64,000 nt of DNA from Azolla caroliniana (taxonomy: Eukaryota; Plantae; Polypodiophyta). The position numbers and the translations under genes are program-made. The notes beneath the pieces are model-generated. The model was not told where the DNA came from. It worked only from the letters and a program-made list of their open reading frames with translations, and made no database searches. Below, in pieces: positions 63,400 to 64,000 of this stretch (positions are counted from its first letter, which is position 1; each line of letters starts with the position of its first letter). The DNA lies in the NCBI GenBank assembly GCA_043228905.1, contig JBHGNT010000041.1, forward strand, positions 124,001 through 188,000. Reading direction: 5' to 3'.

Positions 63400-64000
63400 A
63401 CACTACGACAACGTGACTATTTCACCACAATAAGACACATGTTATTATCTGCATTCTGCCTATAAACACTCCAACACATATCAAGAATGAAATCCTCGCA
63501 CATACTTACATAAGAATCCAAACCAGAAGAAATCTTCTTCTTCAACATCTCCAACCACTCATCCTTTTTGGAGTCGTAGATCGCCATCTCATGGTCCATA
63601 AATCGTGCCACAAACTCTGCCTCTGTGTCACGTCAAAGTTCAACGGGAATAGAATTGAACCTCGAAACAACCCTAAACTTCAACTTCCAGATGTATGATT
63701 GCCGATTGCTATGGTACTTGATTTCGGGGTCCATGAATCTTTTGAGTGATCTCTGAAGCTCATAGCTATTGAAACATACCCCCGGAGTACCCTCCTCTAT
63801 ACGCAACACTCGTGGTAGAACTATGGCAATTCCATGTGCCCTATGTAAATGTGTTTCCATGTCGAATTATTTGCGATACCACCATAGCGAGAGGCTGCAA
63901 TACTCAGCCACAATACATGCATTGGCCTTGTTCCCATTTGCATCTCTTCCAACCTTATACAACGAGTCTGGGCTAGGAGCATTTGTTGTTTCTGTATGTG
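63400..64000 (-). pseudogene. Upstream coding region of the MULE 2 accessory gene (unrecognised domain)
   Basis: ORF pieces 63633-63860 and 63417-63611, partly homologous to ~28080-28220. Confidence 0.5.

Larger units (their letters stand above)
48764..64000 (-). mobile_element. Mutator-like element 2 (decayed transposase plus Ulp1-like protease), continuing off the window
   Basis: The terminus CTCGTGTCTATT..AAATCAT..GAGGGAAT..GATTTGGATAAG matches the MULE 1 TIR, and the internal repeats are shared. Confidence 0.8.

Overview
Repeat-rich eukaryotic land-plant nuclear DNA. By inference from the TE repertoire (RTEX, Sola-like, tRNA-Trp-primed Gypsy) and the abundant microsatellites, it is probably a fern or other seed-free plant. 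A small island of two convergent spliceosomal genes sits between two TE nests: plastid acetyl-CoA carboxylase biotin carboxylase (accC/CAC2, 16 coding exons, one GC-AG intron, + strand) and Asterix/PAT10 (3 coding exons, - strand). Left of the island are a decayed Copia carrying three solo LTRs and a tRNA-Trp-primed Gypsy, a tRNA-Lys pseudogene, and an intact full-length L1 LINE with a 16-bp TSD but no poly(A) tail. Right of the island are two related Mutator-like elements carrying Ulp1-type protease genes, lying in inverted orientation. The first (~21.5 kb) contains a Copia, itself hit by a young second Copia and by a near-intact RTEX-like LINE inserted in a (TC)n tract, plus a Sola2-like TIR element (4-bp TSD) filled with a palindromic satellite. 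The second contains a solo LTR, a decayed transposase and a chromoviral Gypsy. All boundaries were read by eye, and family names come from motif recognition, not database searches.
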